Source: a virus
Strand: one strand, 5' to 3'
Length of the DNA: 64,000 nucleotides
IMG/VR virus record: IMGVR_UViG_3300050821_022567
Span: 5,764 to 69,763 of that record
Part shown: positions 8,868 through 17,935 of the stretch, one piece after another
How positions within the stretch are numbered: the first letter of the stretch is position 1
How the letters are laid out: every line of letters begins with the position of its first letter
Made by a program: the position numbers and the translations under genes
Notes under the pieces: generated by a model
Database searches by the model: none
Seen by the model: only the letters and a program-made list of their open reading frames with translations
Told to the model about the DNA's origin: nothing

Positions 8868-9560
8868 ATGAACGCGCGAACCGCTGCCCGTCTCGCTGCC
8901 GCTCCCGCCCGCATCATCGGCGGCGTCCGTCACGTCGAATGCTCCGACTGCGGAGAGTGGCAGTCCCGGAGCGACATCGTGGAGCGGGCGGACGAGGGGC
9001 GGCCCGCGTTCTTCTGCCGGCGGTGCTCCGACATTCGGGACACGCAGCCGGGTGCGGGAGCGCTTCTCCCGTCCCTTGGGGCTCCATCGCGCTCGGCCGA
9101 CTTTGATGGCGCCCGGCGGGTCCTCGGCGGCGATGTCTACGACGCGCTCGTGACGGAGGCTCTCGCGACTCTGCAGCCGGGGGAGACCGTCGGACGGGTC
9201 CTCGCGGGGCGCCTCGTCGCCCGCGTCGCGGCGCTCGGCTCGGGAGAGCAATCGGCCCGCGCCGTCGTCGCTCTCTCCCTACTGGGGTACGAGAAGCTCG
9301 CGCGTGAGCTCGCCGCGCGAGTCGGCGCCATCCACGTGGGGGAGGAGGACGGCGAACTCGTGGTCAAGGCTCCCTTCTCGGAGGCCTTCAACTGGGAGGT
9401 CAAGACGGTCCGTGGCTCCTGGTGGGATGAGGCGCGGCGGGTGCGCCGGGTTCCGCGATCGGCCAAGGCGGCTCTCTGGAGCGCCCTCTGCTCGGCGTTC
9501 CCGGGGTCGTTGGTCGTCGGGGTCCGGGGGCTCGCTGTCGCGCGGGTGGAGGCGTCGTGA
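8868..9560 (+). CDS. Hypothetical protein with Zn-ribbon (CxxC..CxxC)
   Basis: GGAGG RBS; stop overlaps the next GTG. Confidence 0.65.
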   Translation: MNARTAARLAAAPARIIGGVRHVECSDCGEWQSRSDIVERADEGRPAFFCRRCSDIRDTQPGAGALLPSLGAPSRSADFDGARRVLGGDVYDALVTEALATLQPGETVGRVLAGRLVARVAALGSGEQSARAVVALSLLGYEKLARELAARVGAIHVGEEDGELVVKAPFSEAFNWEVKTVRGSWWDEARRVRRVPRSAKAALWSALCSAFPGSLVVGVRGLAVARVEAS

Positions 9561-9936
9561 GCCCCGCAATCATCGTCTGCCTCTGCGGACGCTCCTACGA
9601 CGCGCCGGGCTGGGCCGGGCTCCCATGCATCGGACGATGGAGGCGGAGGACGGAGGCCTGCTCGAGCTTCGGAACTGCGGCTGCGGGTCCACCCGGGCGG
9701 TCCAGCTGCCCAAGCTCGACACCATCCTCATCCGGGCGAGCGCGATCGCCGGCTCCCCGGTGCGTCCGGCTTCCGACCGTCCGGCGAACCCGGAGGGTGG
9801 TCTCTGCTTGGTGGGGACGCGGGGAGGCCTCGCGCGCCTCTGCGCGCACTTCGGCTTCCGCTACTGCCCTCCGCGGGGACGGGAGGGGGTCTTTCTCACG
9901 GCGGCGAAGGTCCACACCCTGGCGGTGGCGCCGTGA
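9557..9936 (+). pseudogene. Frameshifted small Cys-rich protein (or a sequencing indel) near 9632
   Basis: N-terminal frame MSPAIIVCLCGRSY..LPCIG continues sensibly only in another frame (TMEAEDGGLLELRNCGCGSTRAV); both ends overlap neighbours by GTGA. Confidence 0.55.
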
Positions 9937-10253
9937 CGGCCGCAGCGTGGCCGGGGAGCAATCGGGCTGCGGGCTGGCTCCGACGCCGGGAGGCGGTCGC
10001 GCTCTTCCGGGACATGGCCGAGCTCTGCACGGACGTCGCCAACGCGCTCGACCGTCACTCGGATACAGGGGCGCTCGAGTGCTTCGCGCGGCTCACCGTC
10101 AAGATGGGGCTCGCGGCGAAGCTGCCGTGCTTCCCGCCCATGGGCGTCCGGCGGGAGATGGGGGCCTACCTCACGCGCCAGGGCTCGCGTGAGGGTCCAA
10201 AGAAATCGACCGGACGATGGTCGATTCTGGGTGGACACATTCAACCGTGGTGA
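9933..10253 (+). CDS. Hypothetical protein
   Basis: GTGA-coupled ORF ending inside promoter P2. Confidence 0.5.
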   Translation: MTAAAWPGSNRAAGWLRRREAVALFRDMAELCTDVANALDRHSDTGALECFARLTVKMGLAAKLPCFPPMGVRREMGAYLTRQGSREGPKKSTGRWSILGGHIQPW

Positions 10254-10265
10254 TAGATTGACTGG
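10200..10265 (+). promoter_or_regulatory. Rightward promoter P2: TGGACA-16-TAGATT, homologous to P1
   Basis: AAGAAATCGAC at 10200 (8491 in P1); ATTCAA..TGGTGATAGATTGA shared with P1; upstream inverted repeat AGAAATCGACC/GGTCGATTCT. Confidence 0.7.
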
Positions 10266-10547
10266 TGTCAGCGACGCGCTGGCGCGGAGGGTGTGAGGAT
10301 GGTCCAGTCGAAGACGGTTTCGTTCGCTCGTGGTGACGTGGTCGTCCTTGTGGACGAGGCTGTCATGTTCTTCGACGCGGACCGCGCGAACCTCCTCCAC
10401 GAGGTCGTCGACGTCTCGCGCTCCGGCTACACGATCGCCCCCATCTCTGGCGAGTCCGTGGACTGGACGCGCACGGTCCTCGCGATGCCGGAAGACCTCC
10501 GCGCCTACCGCGCCTGAACACCCACCCGAGGACGACGGAGACCCCCC

Positions 10548-10895
10548 ATGAGCCACATCGACGTCAAGGAAGCCTGCAAACGCATCGCCGCCTCCCTCAA
10601 GGCCCGCTCCGGCCGGCGCTGGAGCGTGACCCACGGTCGCGGCTCCGACTTCGGCTGGATCACCATCCAGAGTCCGCCGTCGCGTCGCCGTGGGGATGTC
10701 TCGCTCATTTCGGAGGACCGCATCGCGCTCGCGCGGCTTCTCGGCGTGACGTGGAATGATGTTCACTTCCAGGGCTATCAGGTGTCTCCCGAGTCCCGAG
10801 CCTGGGTCGTCGCGCGCGCGAAGGGTCCGACGGATGCCACGGGGCGGTTGAACGCGGCCTACTTCACCGCCGAGCCGGAAGGGGTACTGTCGTGA
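10548..10895 (+). CDS. Hypothetical phage protein
   Basis: GGAG RBS, high-GC3 codons, GTGA overlap with the next gene. Confidence 0.65.
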   Translation: MSHIDVKEACKRIAASLKARSGRRWSVTHGRGSDFGWITIQSPPSRRRGDVSLISEDRIALARLLGVTWNDVHFQGYQVSPESRAWVVARAKGPTDATGRLNAAYFTAEPEGVLS

Positions 10896-11203
10896 GTGCC
10901 ACCCGCTACATCGCGAAGTGCAAGGCGTGCGGCTGCGTCTCGAGCGGGCTCCTCGTCGGAAACGTCAAGGCGCCGCAGAGCCCCTACGACCTCACGCCGC
11001 CCGGCGTCGTCCACTACCACCCTCGGACGGGGAGCCTCTCCCTCGTCTGCCGGAAGTGCGGGGTCTCCCGGGTCGCCAAGGCTGTTCGCGGCGTCTACAG
11101 CGCGCAGCACGAGTGCTCGGCTAAGTGCATGTCCTCGACCGGGACGGTCTGCGAGTGTTCCTGCGCGGGACGGAACCATGGGGGCGCCTATGCCGCAGCC
11201 TGA
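10892..11203 (+). CDS. Cys-rich Zn-binding phage protein
   Basis: CKAC, CRKC and HECSAKCMSSTGTVCECSCAGRNHGG motif typical of small phage proteins. Confidence 0.7.
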   Translation: MSATRYIAKCKACGCVSSGLLVGNVKAPQSPYDLTPPGVVHYHPRTGSLSLVCRKCGVSRVAKAVRGVYSAQHECSAKCMSSTGTVCECSCAGRNHGGAYAAA

Positions 11204-11661
11204 CGTCTCCGCTCGGATCGGCCTCGCGCGGGGGTCATGGGCGCCCGGCGGCCGCGCGATTCCGCCGGGTCGCGCGCGCTGCGTCTGCGGAGCTCCCGCA
11301 GGGTGGTGCGAGGTCTCGCGGTGGCGCGCGGGCTCGATTCGGAGCGTCTCGTTCTACTACTTCTGCGACAACTGCTGGTTGAAGCCGGGGCCGTGCGGGT
11401 CGAGTCCGCAGGACCGCGCGTCGTCGCTGGTGGCGATGTGAGCGCTCCGGTCCGCCCCGACGGCTTCGCGCTCCCCGTCCAGGTCCGCCGGGTACGCGCG
11501 TGGTGGCTGCGGGAGGCGCGCGACCACGTCCACAAGGCGCGGACGAAACGCTGTTCCTGCACCTCCTGCGCGCCGGGCTGGCATCTCGATCAAGCTAGGC
11601 AGGCGCGGCAGTACGCCCGCGGCGTCGTCACCGTGTACCTTGCGACCGGAAAGGTCCCCCT

Positions 11662-12231
11662 ATGAGCAACCGCCAACGTTCCCGCATGAACCCGACCGTC
11701 TACCCGAGCGCCGACGTCGCGCTCACCTGCCCGCGCTGCGACAGCGCCTGCATCCGTGTCCGCGAGGTCCACGTCTTCTCGCGCGCGAAGGAGGGTGGCC
11801 CCGGCGCCCGCACGATCGTGGACTCCGGTGGGAGCGTCTCGACGGTCTCGTCCGTGGACCGGTTCGCGGGTCAAGGCATCGGGGACGTCCGGGTCGCGGT
11901 GGCCTGCGAAATGTGCGGCGAGACGAGCTGGCTGAACTTCGCCCAGCACAAGGGGCGCGCCTTCCTCACCTGGCAGGGGAAGCAGGCCGTCATCGCCAGG
12001 CTCCGGAGCGAGGATGACGCGCGGGGACTCGCCGAGCGGCTCACGAAGCGCTTCGACGTCCGGGCCATGGTGACCGAGGAGACGGTCACGGAGGGGGGCG
12101 AGGCTTGGTACCCCTACGCGGTCATCGTCGGGATGCGGGGGGGCGTCCGGGGGGCCGCGCTCCAAGACTTCGTCGCCGGCTTCCTCGGGGGCATCGCCGA
12201 CGAGGGAAAGCTCGTCGTGGAGGAAGCGTGA
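11662..12231 (+). CDS. Hypothetical Zn-ribbon protein
   Basis: CPRC..CEMC; ATGA/GTGA coupling on both sides. Confidence 0.6.
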   Translation: MSNRQRSRMNPTVYPSADVALTCPRCDSACIRVREVHVFSRAKEGGPGARTIVDSGGSVSTVSSVDRFAGQGIGDVRVAVACEMCGETSWLNFAQHKGRAFLTWQGKQAVIARLRSEDDARGLAERLTKRFDVRAMVTEETVTEGGEAWYPYAVIVGMRGGVRGAALQDFVAGFLGGIADEGKLVVEEA

Positions 12232-12470
12232 GCCGCCGGACGACGATGCCGCCACCCTGGTCGGAGGCGGCCGCGAAGGTGGGGGGGGTCGCCGAGCTCG
12301 CGGAGGCGCTCGGGATCGGGACGATGACGCTTTACCGGTGGGCGACCGGGACGCACAAGCCGGCGAAGGTCACGGCCGAGGCCGTCGCCACGTGGTTCAA
12401 GCGGAGGGGCCTCGGAGACCCTTGGGCGCCGGGCGACCCGAAGCCTGGGACGCCTGGGGCGAAGGAGTAA
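12228..12470 (+). CDS. Cro-like HTH regulator
   Basis: VGGVAELAEALGIGTMTLYRWATGTHKP HTH; GGAGG RBS before GTG 12228. Confidence 0.75.
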   Translation: MSRRTTMPPPWSEAAAKVGGVAELAEALGIGTMTLYRWATGTHKPAKVTAEAVATWFKRRGLGDPWAPGDPKPGTPGAKE

Positions 12471-12691
12471 ACCGTGGGGAAGGTCATCCGACTGGACGCC
12501 GAAAGGACGAAGCGAGCACCCATCGTCCTCAGCGCGGAGCCGGGAGAGGTCGTGATCGACCTGGCTGAAGGGTACGAAGGCTTGCCGGCGCCTTACGAGC
12601 TTCGCTTCACGGCCGACCAGGCGAAGGCGCTCGCCTCTCAGCTCCACGCCTACGCGCGGGAGGCGGAGAAGCTTCTTTTGGCTCGGCGCAA

Positions 12692-13276
12692 GTGAACGCG
12701 CGCCCGGAGACGAACGCGGCGGGAGAGCGCCTCTGCGTATGCGGGTGCGGTCGCGTCCTCACGGGGGCTCCGCAGCAGCGGCGCCATCCAGTCTGCCGGA
12801 CCGCGATGCACCTCACCGCGAGCCGCCGGTGGTACGAAAACAACCGGAACCTGCCCGAGGTGAAGGCGAAGGCGGCGGCGCGACAGGCGGCTCGGTGGAA
12901 GAACGACCCGGAGCGCTGCCGGAAGCACCTGCGCGATGGCGCCCGGGAGCGCCATCGGCGGAACCGCATGACCGCGCTCGCGGCGTACGGAGGGCGCTGC
13001 ACCTGCTGCGGGGAGACGCGGTGGCAGTTTCTCACGCTGCAGCACTCGAACGGGGATGGCGCCGCGCATCGGCGGGAACTCGTCGGGAAACACCACCGGG
13101 TCGGGGGCGCGAAGTTTTACCGGAAGCTCGTCGCCGCCGGGTGCCCGCAGGACCGCGGCATCGTCGTCCTCTGCGCGAACTGCCACGTCGCCGAAGACCT
13201 ACACGGGGGATGCCCGCACCGTCTCGAACGCGCGGCGGGCCTTGACAGCAACCTTTCGCTCGCCCAAAGTGGCTAA
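12692..13276 (+). CDS. HNH-like endonuclease
   Basis: AYGGRCTCCGE..FLTLQH..VLCANCH pattern; N-terminal CVCGCG. Confidence 0.65.
   Translation: MNARPETNAAGERLCVCGCGRVLTGAPQQRRHPVCRTAMHLTASRRWYENNRNLPEVKAKAAARQAARWKNDPERCRKHLRDGARERHRRNRMTALAAYGGRCTCCGETRWQFLTLQHSNGDGAAHRRELVGKHHRVGGAKFYRKLVAAGCPQDRGIVVLCANCHVAEDLHGGCPHRLERAAGLDSNLSLAQSG
13242..13270 (+). promoter_or_regulatory. Putative promoter TTGACA-17-CAAAGT for the helicase operon
   Basis: Consensus -35 at 13242-13247, 17-bp spacer, -10-like CAAAGT at 13265-13270. Confidence 0.55.
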
Positions 13277-13311
13277 CGAAATAGCCGGTGCCTGGAGCCT
13301 GGAGGAATGCC

Positions 13312-14784
13312 ATGAGGAACAAGGCCAGAGAACTTCGAGACTACCAAGACGCTGGCTTCCACCAGCTCCTCGCCGCCCTCGCGGAGGGGAAGCGACCCCT
13401 CTACGTCCTCTCCGGCGGCGGAGGGAAGACCCGCGTCGCGGCCGAAGTCATCGAGCAGTACCGGCGCGCAGGGAAGCGTGTCCTAATCCTGGTCCATCAT
13501 CGGGAATTGCTCGAGCAGATGTGGAACGCTCTCGTCGATGACATCGGCCTCGATGAGGCTTCGGTTGGCGTCATCTGGGGACAGGACAAGAAACCTCGAA
13601 AAAACCCCGACGCGCCGATCCAGATCGCCAGCATCGATACGCTTCTGACCAGGAAGCGGATGAAGCGTCCGGGCTGGATGCCGGCTGCCGATCTGCTTGT
13701 GCTCGACGAAGCGCATCACGCCGCCGCCACGAAATGGCAGGAGGTGCTCTGCTGGTACCCTGAAGCCAAGCGCCTCGGCCTCACCGCAACGCCATTCCGG
13801 TTCGATCGACTACCGCTCTCGGTCGCTTTCGACACCATCGTCCAGGGCCCGAGCATGGAGGAGCTCTTCAAGCATCCGGAGTACCCTCTCACGTCCCCCA
13901 ACCTCTTCGTTCCCGCAAAAGATGGTGTGAACCTGAAGGGCCTCCGCCGCAGTCAGGTCAACGGGAGGGACTGGTATCCGGCGCAGCTCGGCGTCCGGAT
14001 GGGAAAGAAGGCCATCGTCGCCAATGTCGTGGAGCATCTACTTCGGCGCGCGACCACGAAGGGGCTTCGGGCCATCCTCTACGTTCCCACCCTGAAGAAC
14101 GCCCGAAAGTACGTCGATGCGATCAAGGCGGCTGGTGAGCATCGCGTCGCATATCTCGACGCGAGCACGCCGCTGGCGTATCGCGAGCAGCTGTTGAAGC
14201 CGGATGGACTGCTCGACACCGGCGAAGTCATGATCGTCGTGAACTGCGAAGTCCTCACGGAGGGATGGGACCTCCCGAGCGTGAAGTGCGTCGCGATGGC
14301 TCGGCCTACGGATTCCCCAGGTCTCTACCTACAGATGGTCGCTAGAGCACTGCGGACATGGGTGAAGAAAGGCGACATTCTGCAAACGGTGCCAGTCATC
14401 CTCGACTTCGCGGGGAACGTTCGGCGGCACGACGTACCATGGGCCGACCGCGCCATCTCGTTGGACGACGATGGGAAGGCGCGCGGGAACAGGATGCCTC
14501 CGACGTATTGGATCTGCGAATCCTGCGTCGACGGGCTCGAATGTGGGGCAGTCAATGCGCTCGGATGGACCACGTGCTCGGTATGTGGCGATAGGCGACC
14601 GGAGTCCGTACGGGAGGTCGAAGAGCAGCACGGACTCTCCCTTAGAGCAGCAGAACTGCCACTGACCACGGAACAGCGCGAAGAACTTGTCCAGAAGATA
14701 CTCGCGCTTGCGAAGCAGCGGCTTCGCCGAGACATGCCGCGAGCCTTCGCCGAGCGAGCCGTGGATGCCGGATTGAGGTTGTGA
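13312..14784 (+). CDS. SF2 DEAH-box helicase (RadD/YejH-like) with C-terminal Zn finger
   Basis: Q motif LRDYQ, Walker A SGGGGKT, LDEAHH, LTAT, LTEGWD, QMVARALR, ILDFAGN, CxxC..CxxC. Confidence 0.9.
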   Translation: MRNKARELRDYQDAGFHQLLAALAEGKRPLYVLSGGGGKTRVAAEVIEQYRRAGKRVLILVHHRELLEQMWNALVDDIGLDEASVGVIWGQDKKPRKNPDAPIQIASIDTLLTRKRMKRPGWMPAADLLVLDEAHHAAATKWQEVLCWYPEAKRLGLTATPFRFDRLPLSVAFDTIVQGPSMEELFKHPEYPLTSPNLFVPAKDGVNLKGLRRSQVNGRDWYPAQLGVRMGKKAIVANVVEHLLRRATTKGLRAILYVPTLKNARKYVDAIKAAGEHRVAYLDASTPLAYREQLLKPDGLLDTGEVMIVVNCEVLTEGWDLPSVKCVAMARPTDSPGLYLQMVARALRTWVKKGDILQTVPVILDFAGNVRRHDVPWADRAISLDDDGKARGNRMPPTYWICESCVDGLECGAVNALGWTTCSVCGDRRPESVREVEEQHGLSLRAAELPLTTEQREELVQKILALAKQRLRRDMPRAFAERAVDAGLRL

Positions 14785-15416
14785 TAGTGCGCACACTCGG
14801 CACGGCCCAGTCGTTTCAAGATGCTGACGGAGCCTCATACTGGCGTGCCCGCATCACGCTGCCATCCGGGAGACGATGCTGGGCCGGTCCTCGGTTCCCC
14901 AACCAGGAGGCCGCCCAGCAATTTGCCGACGACGAGTCGCGTAAGCGCGCACTGCCAGAAAACGCATCAAAGCAGCCCAATGGGGCTGGAACGGTCGAGC
15001 GGCGCGGCAAGTTTTGGTGGGCCCAAGTCTCGCTTCCACGCGCTCCCGGTGAACGAGTCGCCCGACGAAAACGGGTCCGCATTCCTGCGAGCGAGAATCT
15101 CAGCGAGGAAGGCGCGCGGGCCAAAGCCGCCGCGATATCCGACAAGATTCGATCCGGCGAATTGGACATCAACGATATCGCAGCGGAGTGCCAACCGCTC
15201 CCTACAGTTGTCGCACGAAAACCAGTGTGGGCTGTTCCCGCGATGGTCAGTCAAATGAACTCGCTCGCCATCTTGGGCATCCCGTCGCGTGACTTCCTCA
15301 CGTGGCTTGTGCCTCGTTGCGAGACCGTTACAGAGGTCGGGCGCATCAGGATTGTCACCATCGAGAACGCGCTTGACGTACTGGCCGATGCCGCCAAGAA
15401 GCCGATGCGGTTATGA
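14781..15416 (+). CDS. Two integrase arm-binding/AP2-like domains fused to an Xis-like wHTH; no catalytic domain
   Basis: YWRARITLPSGRR and GTVERRGKFWWAQVSLP..RKRVRIP repeats; C-terminal MVSQMNSLAILGIPSRDFL..VGRIRIV resembles the next Xis-like genes. Confidence 0.55.
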   Translation: MIVRTLGTAQSFQDADGASYWRARITLPSGRRCWAGPRFPNQEAAQQFADDESRKRALPENASKQPNGAGTVERRGKFWWAQVSLPRAPGERVARRKRVRIPASENLSEEGARAKAAAISDKIRSGELDINDIAAECQPLPTVVARKPVWAVPAMVSQMNSLAILGIPSRDFLTWLVPRCETVTEVGRIRIVTIENALDVLADAAKKPMRL

Positions 15417-16117
15417 CGTCGCCCGTTCAACATGCTGGGCCTGCCTACGAAACCGAGGCCGCCGACTGCACCTCTCGGCAGCATCGTGTAATGCTATTCG
15501 GCCGACTGGTTAGCACCGCCGAAGCCGCCGCAAAAATCGGCCGCACCGCCTCGCTGGTTCGGCATGCCATTAGGTCCGGCAAATGGTCCGACGAATACGC
15601 TAAGCGCGCGATCGAAACCGGAACTATTCAATGGTCTTCTCGTGAAGACATCTTCCTAAGAAAGTTCTACAGCAAACGCCAGTCGGCGTGGATAGCTTCA
15701 CGTCTCGGTCGAGATGTGGCCGCTGTAAGATCGCACGCCAACAAGATGGGCCTCCGGTCAGCTTACACTACAAACCGTAAATGGACGTCGCATGACGTCG
15801 AGTACGTCCGGCACAATTACGCTACCGTAGGCGCCAAGCAAATCGCCAAACATCTAGGCAAAAGTGCTGCTTCGGTAACAGAATGTGCCCAAAGGCTTGG
15901 TGTGAAGTATGAGTACTTCTCACCGAGGTTCGTAGACCTATTCGGTAGCATGGTCACTCGACGGGATGTTGCCGTATTTGTCGGTTGCTCAGTGTCTGGC
16001 GTACGGGCCGCGATCCTTGCTGGCAGATACAACGACTCTTGGATTGTGGCTATGTGTCGGCGGGCGACTAAAAGAACTGCGAAGATGGGCCGGCCGAACG
16101 AAAGCCCAATGCGATGA
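15413..16117 (+). CDS. Multi-HTH DNA-binding protein with Myb-like repeats (A-B-B-A layout)
   Basis: LFGRLVSTAEAA / LFGSMVTRRDVA repeats flank WSSREDIFLRKFY / WTSHDVEYVRHNY repeats; visibly lower GC. Confidence 0.65.
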   Translation: MTSPVQHAGPAYETEAADCTSRQHRVMLFGRLVSTAEAAAKIGRTASLVRHAIRSGKWSDEYAKRAIETGTIQWSSREDIFLRKFYSKRQSAWIASRLGRDVAAVRSHANKMGLRSAYTTNRKWTSHDVEYVRHNYATVGAKQIAKHLGKSAASVTECAQRLGVKYEYFSPRFVDLFGSMVTRRDVAVFVGCSVSGVRAAILAGRYNDSWIVAMCRRATKRTAKMGRPNESPMR

Positions 16118-16764
16118 GCGAAGACTTCGCTACCTTGGAAGACCGCGCTGTCGCCGCCGAGGCTCGCCTGCGCATCTCGGACGAATGGGTTGCGTTCGCG
16201 GGTCCTCGGCTGCGTGCTCTGGAGGCATTCGCTGGCGTGGCGCAAGACGTCCGGGACTGTCTTGCCCTTCATGTAACCGTTCCAGACGACCGTCTCCCGG
16301 TCGTAAACGACGCGCTGGAACGGTTCGCGGCGTCCCTGGAACAGGTGAGGCGAACGAACGGCGGGGCGGGCGAACGGTGGTGGGACGACTCGCGTGGCTC
16401 GGCACCGTCGTCGCGAGCCTCGCCACGGACGGATGGCCTCTCCGATGCCGCGCTTCTGGCGCTCGGCGCCGTCCTCGAGATCGTGCGCGAGGTCGCGCGG
16501 GAGGAGCGCGCGCATCCGCTAAACGTGACCCAAAGGAACGTGGAGGCGGTTGTCGGCCTCCCCCGGCGCGAGTTCCTCGAAGCGGCCCGAGCGGGTGCCT
16601 TCCCTTGTACCAAGGTCCGCCGCGTCGTCATCGCTCGGACGGAAGACGTCGCGCGGTGGCTGGACGGCCGCCGAGCTCCGCGCCGAGCCTCAGGCACCCG
16701 TTCGTCCGAGGACGCCGCGCTCGCGCGCGTCGGCGCACGCCGTGTCTCGCCGAGTCCGCGATGA
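16114..16764 (+). CDS. Xis-like wHTH protein (paralog 1)
   Basis: HPLNVTQRNVEAVVGLPRREFLEAARAGAFPCTKVRRVVIART; tail DAALARVGARRV. Confidence 0.6.
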   Translation: MSEDFATLEDRAVAAEARLRISDEWVAFAGPRLRALEAFAGVAQDVRDCLALHVTVPDDRLPVVNDALERFAASLEQVRRTNGGAGERWWDDSRGSAPSSRASPRTDGLSDAALLALGAVLEIVREVAREERAHPLNVTQRNVEAVVGLPRREFLEAARAGAFPCTKVRRVVIARTEDVARWLDGRRAPRRASGTRSSEDAALARVGARRVSPSPR

Positions 16765-17216
16765 AGCTTCCGTTACCCCTCTCGTTCCTGTCCGCCGAGG
16801 CGAACGCGGAACTCGACCGGTACATCCGCAGGGTGGCAACTCAAGTCACCGCGCATCCGACGCACGTCTCCCAGCGGACCTGCACCGCGGTCTGCGGGGT
16901 GCCCAAGGAGGACTTCCTCGAAGCTGCACGCCGCGGGGACTTCCCGTCGTGCAAGGTCCGCCGGCTCGTTCTCGCGAAGACGGCCGACGTCGTAGCCTGG
17001 ATCGAATCGCACCCGACGAATGCCGGCAAGCGACAGAAGTACGCGCCGACGCGGGTCCCGATGTCCACCGTCACCAAGGAACTGGGCGACCCGAGCACGT
17101 GGGACGCAGAGGACGCTGCCTACGAGCGCGCCACCAAGAAGCCGTCCGAGATGAGCCCGCAGGACAAGGCGCTCGCGCGGGTCGGGGCACGGCGCGTGCC
17201 CGGGAGGACGCGATGA
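16761..17216 (+). CDS. Xis-like wHTH protein (paralog 2)
   Basis: HPTHVSQRTCTAVCGVPKEDFLEAARRGDFPSCKVRRLVLAKT; tail DKALARVGARRV; ATGA-coupled. Confidence 0.6.
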   Translation: MKLPLPLSFLSAEANAELDRYIRRVATQVTAHPTHVSQRTCTAVCGVPKEDFLEAARRGDFPSCKVRRLVLAKTADVVAWIESHPTNAGKRQKYAPTRVPMSTVTKELGDPSTWDAEDAAYERATKKPSEMSPQDKALARVGARRVPGRTR

Positions 17217-17458
17217 GCGCCGTGGTCCTCATCGTCTTGTTCCTGTCGGTTATGGGCGCCGTGTTGGCGGCTATCGTGTTCGTCAAGGTCCGAGATGCCG
17301 CGAAGGAGCGGCGCGCACGACTGGGCGACCCCGAGCTCAGGGACGCTTGCGCCAAGCTGGAAGCTCTCCGTATGGCTGAGGACGAATGGGCGGCCGTCAG
17401 TCCGGATGCGCGACGCTTTGCGCTCCTGGCGACGAGGCCGCCTGAAAGGCGCCCATGA
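17213..17458 (+). CDS. Small single-pass membrane protein
   Basis: N-terminal hydrophobic helix VVLIVLFLSVMGAVLAAIVFV; GGAGG RBS. Confidence 0.6.
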   Translation: MSAVVLIVLFLSVMGAVLAAIVFVKVRDAAKERRARLGDPELRDACAKLEALRMAEDEWAAVSPDARRFALLATRPPERRP

Positions 17459-17784
17459 ACAACGTCATTCGCATCGTCCTGCAGCCCGGACAACGACTCG
17501 AGGTCACCTACGCTGAACCCGTCGCCGTCGAGCCGGCAGCGATGACGCTCGACCAATTCGCGACGCGGTACGCGACAACGTTGCGGGTCGTGCGCCGACT
17601 CATCTCCAGCGGTCGCCTCCCGGCCGTGAAGGTCGGGCGTCGGTACACCGTCCGGATCGAGGACGCGGAGAAGCTCTTCAAGTCTACGTCCTTCCGACCG
17701 CAGAAACCGGAGCCCGTCGCCGAGCAAAGCGACGAGGACATCAAGCGCATCCTACGCAAGCGCGGGATACGGGTGCCAGATTGA
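17455..17784 (+). CDS. Excisionase-family HTH_17 protein
   Basis: MTLDQFATRY..VVRRLISSGRLPAVKVGRRYTVRIED. Confidence 0.75.
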   Translation: MNNVIRIVLQPGQRLEVTYAEPVAVEPAAMTLDQFATRYATTLRVVRRLISSGRLPAVKVGRRYTVRIEDAEKLFKSTSFRPQKPEPVAEQSDEDIKRILRKRGIRVPD

Positions 17785-17935
17785 GCGCCCCTGCTGTAGC
17801 CGCCATCGTCTTCGTAGCGCTCGGGCTACTCGGCCTGCTTTGGGCGGTACTCCTCGTCGACTGCGGCTGTCCCCTCTGCCGCGACCGATGGTGGCGCAGG
17901 CTCCGGAGTGCACAACGAGCGAAAGGACCGACGAC

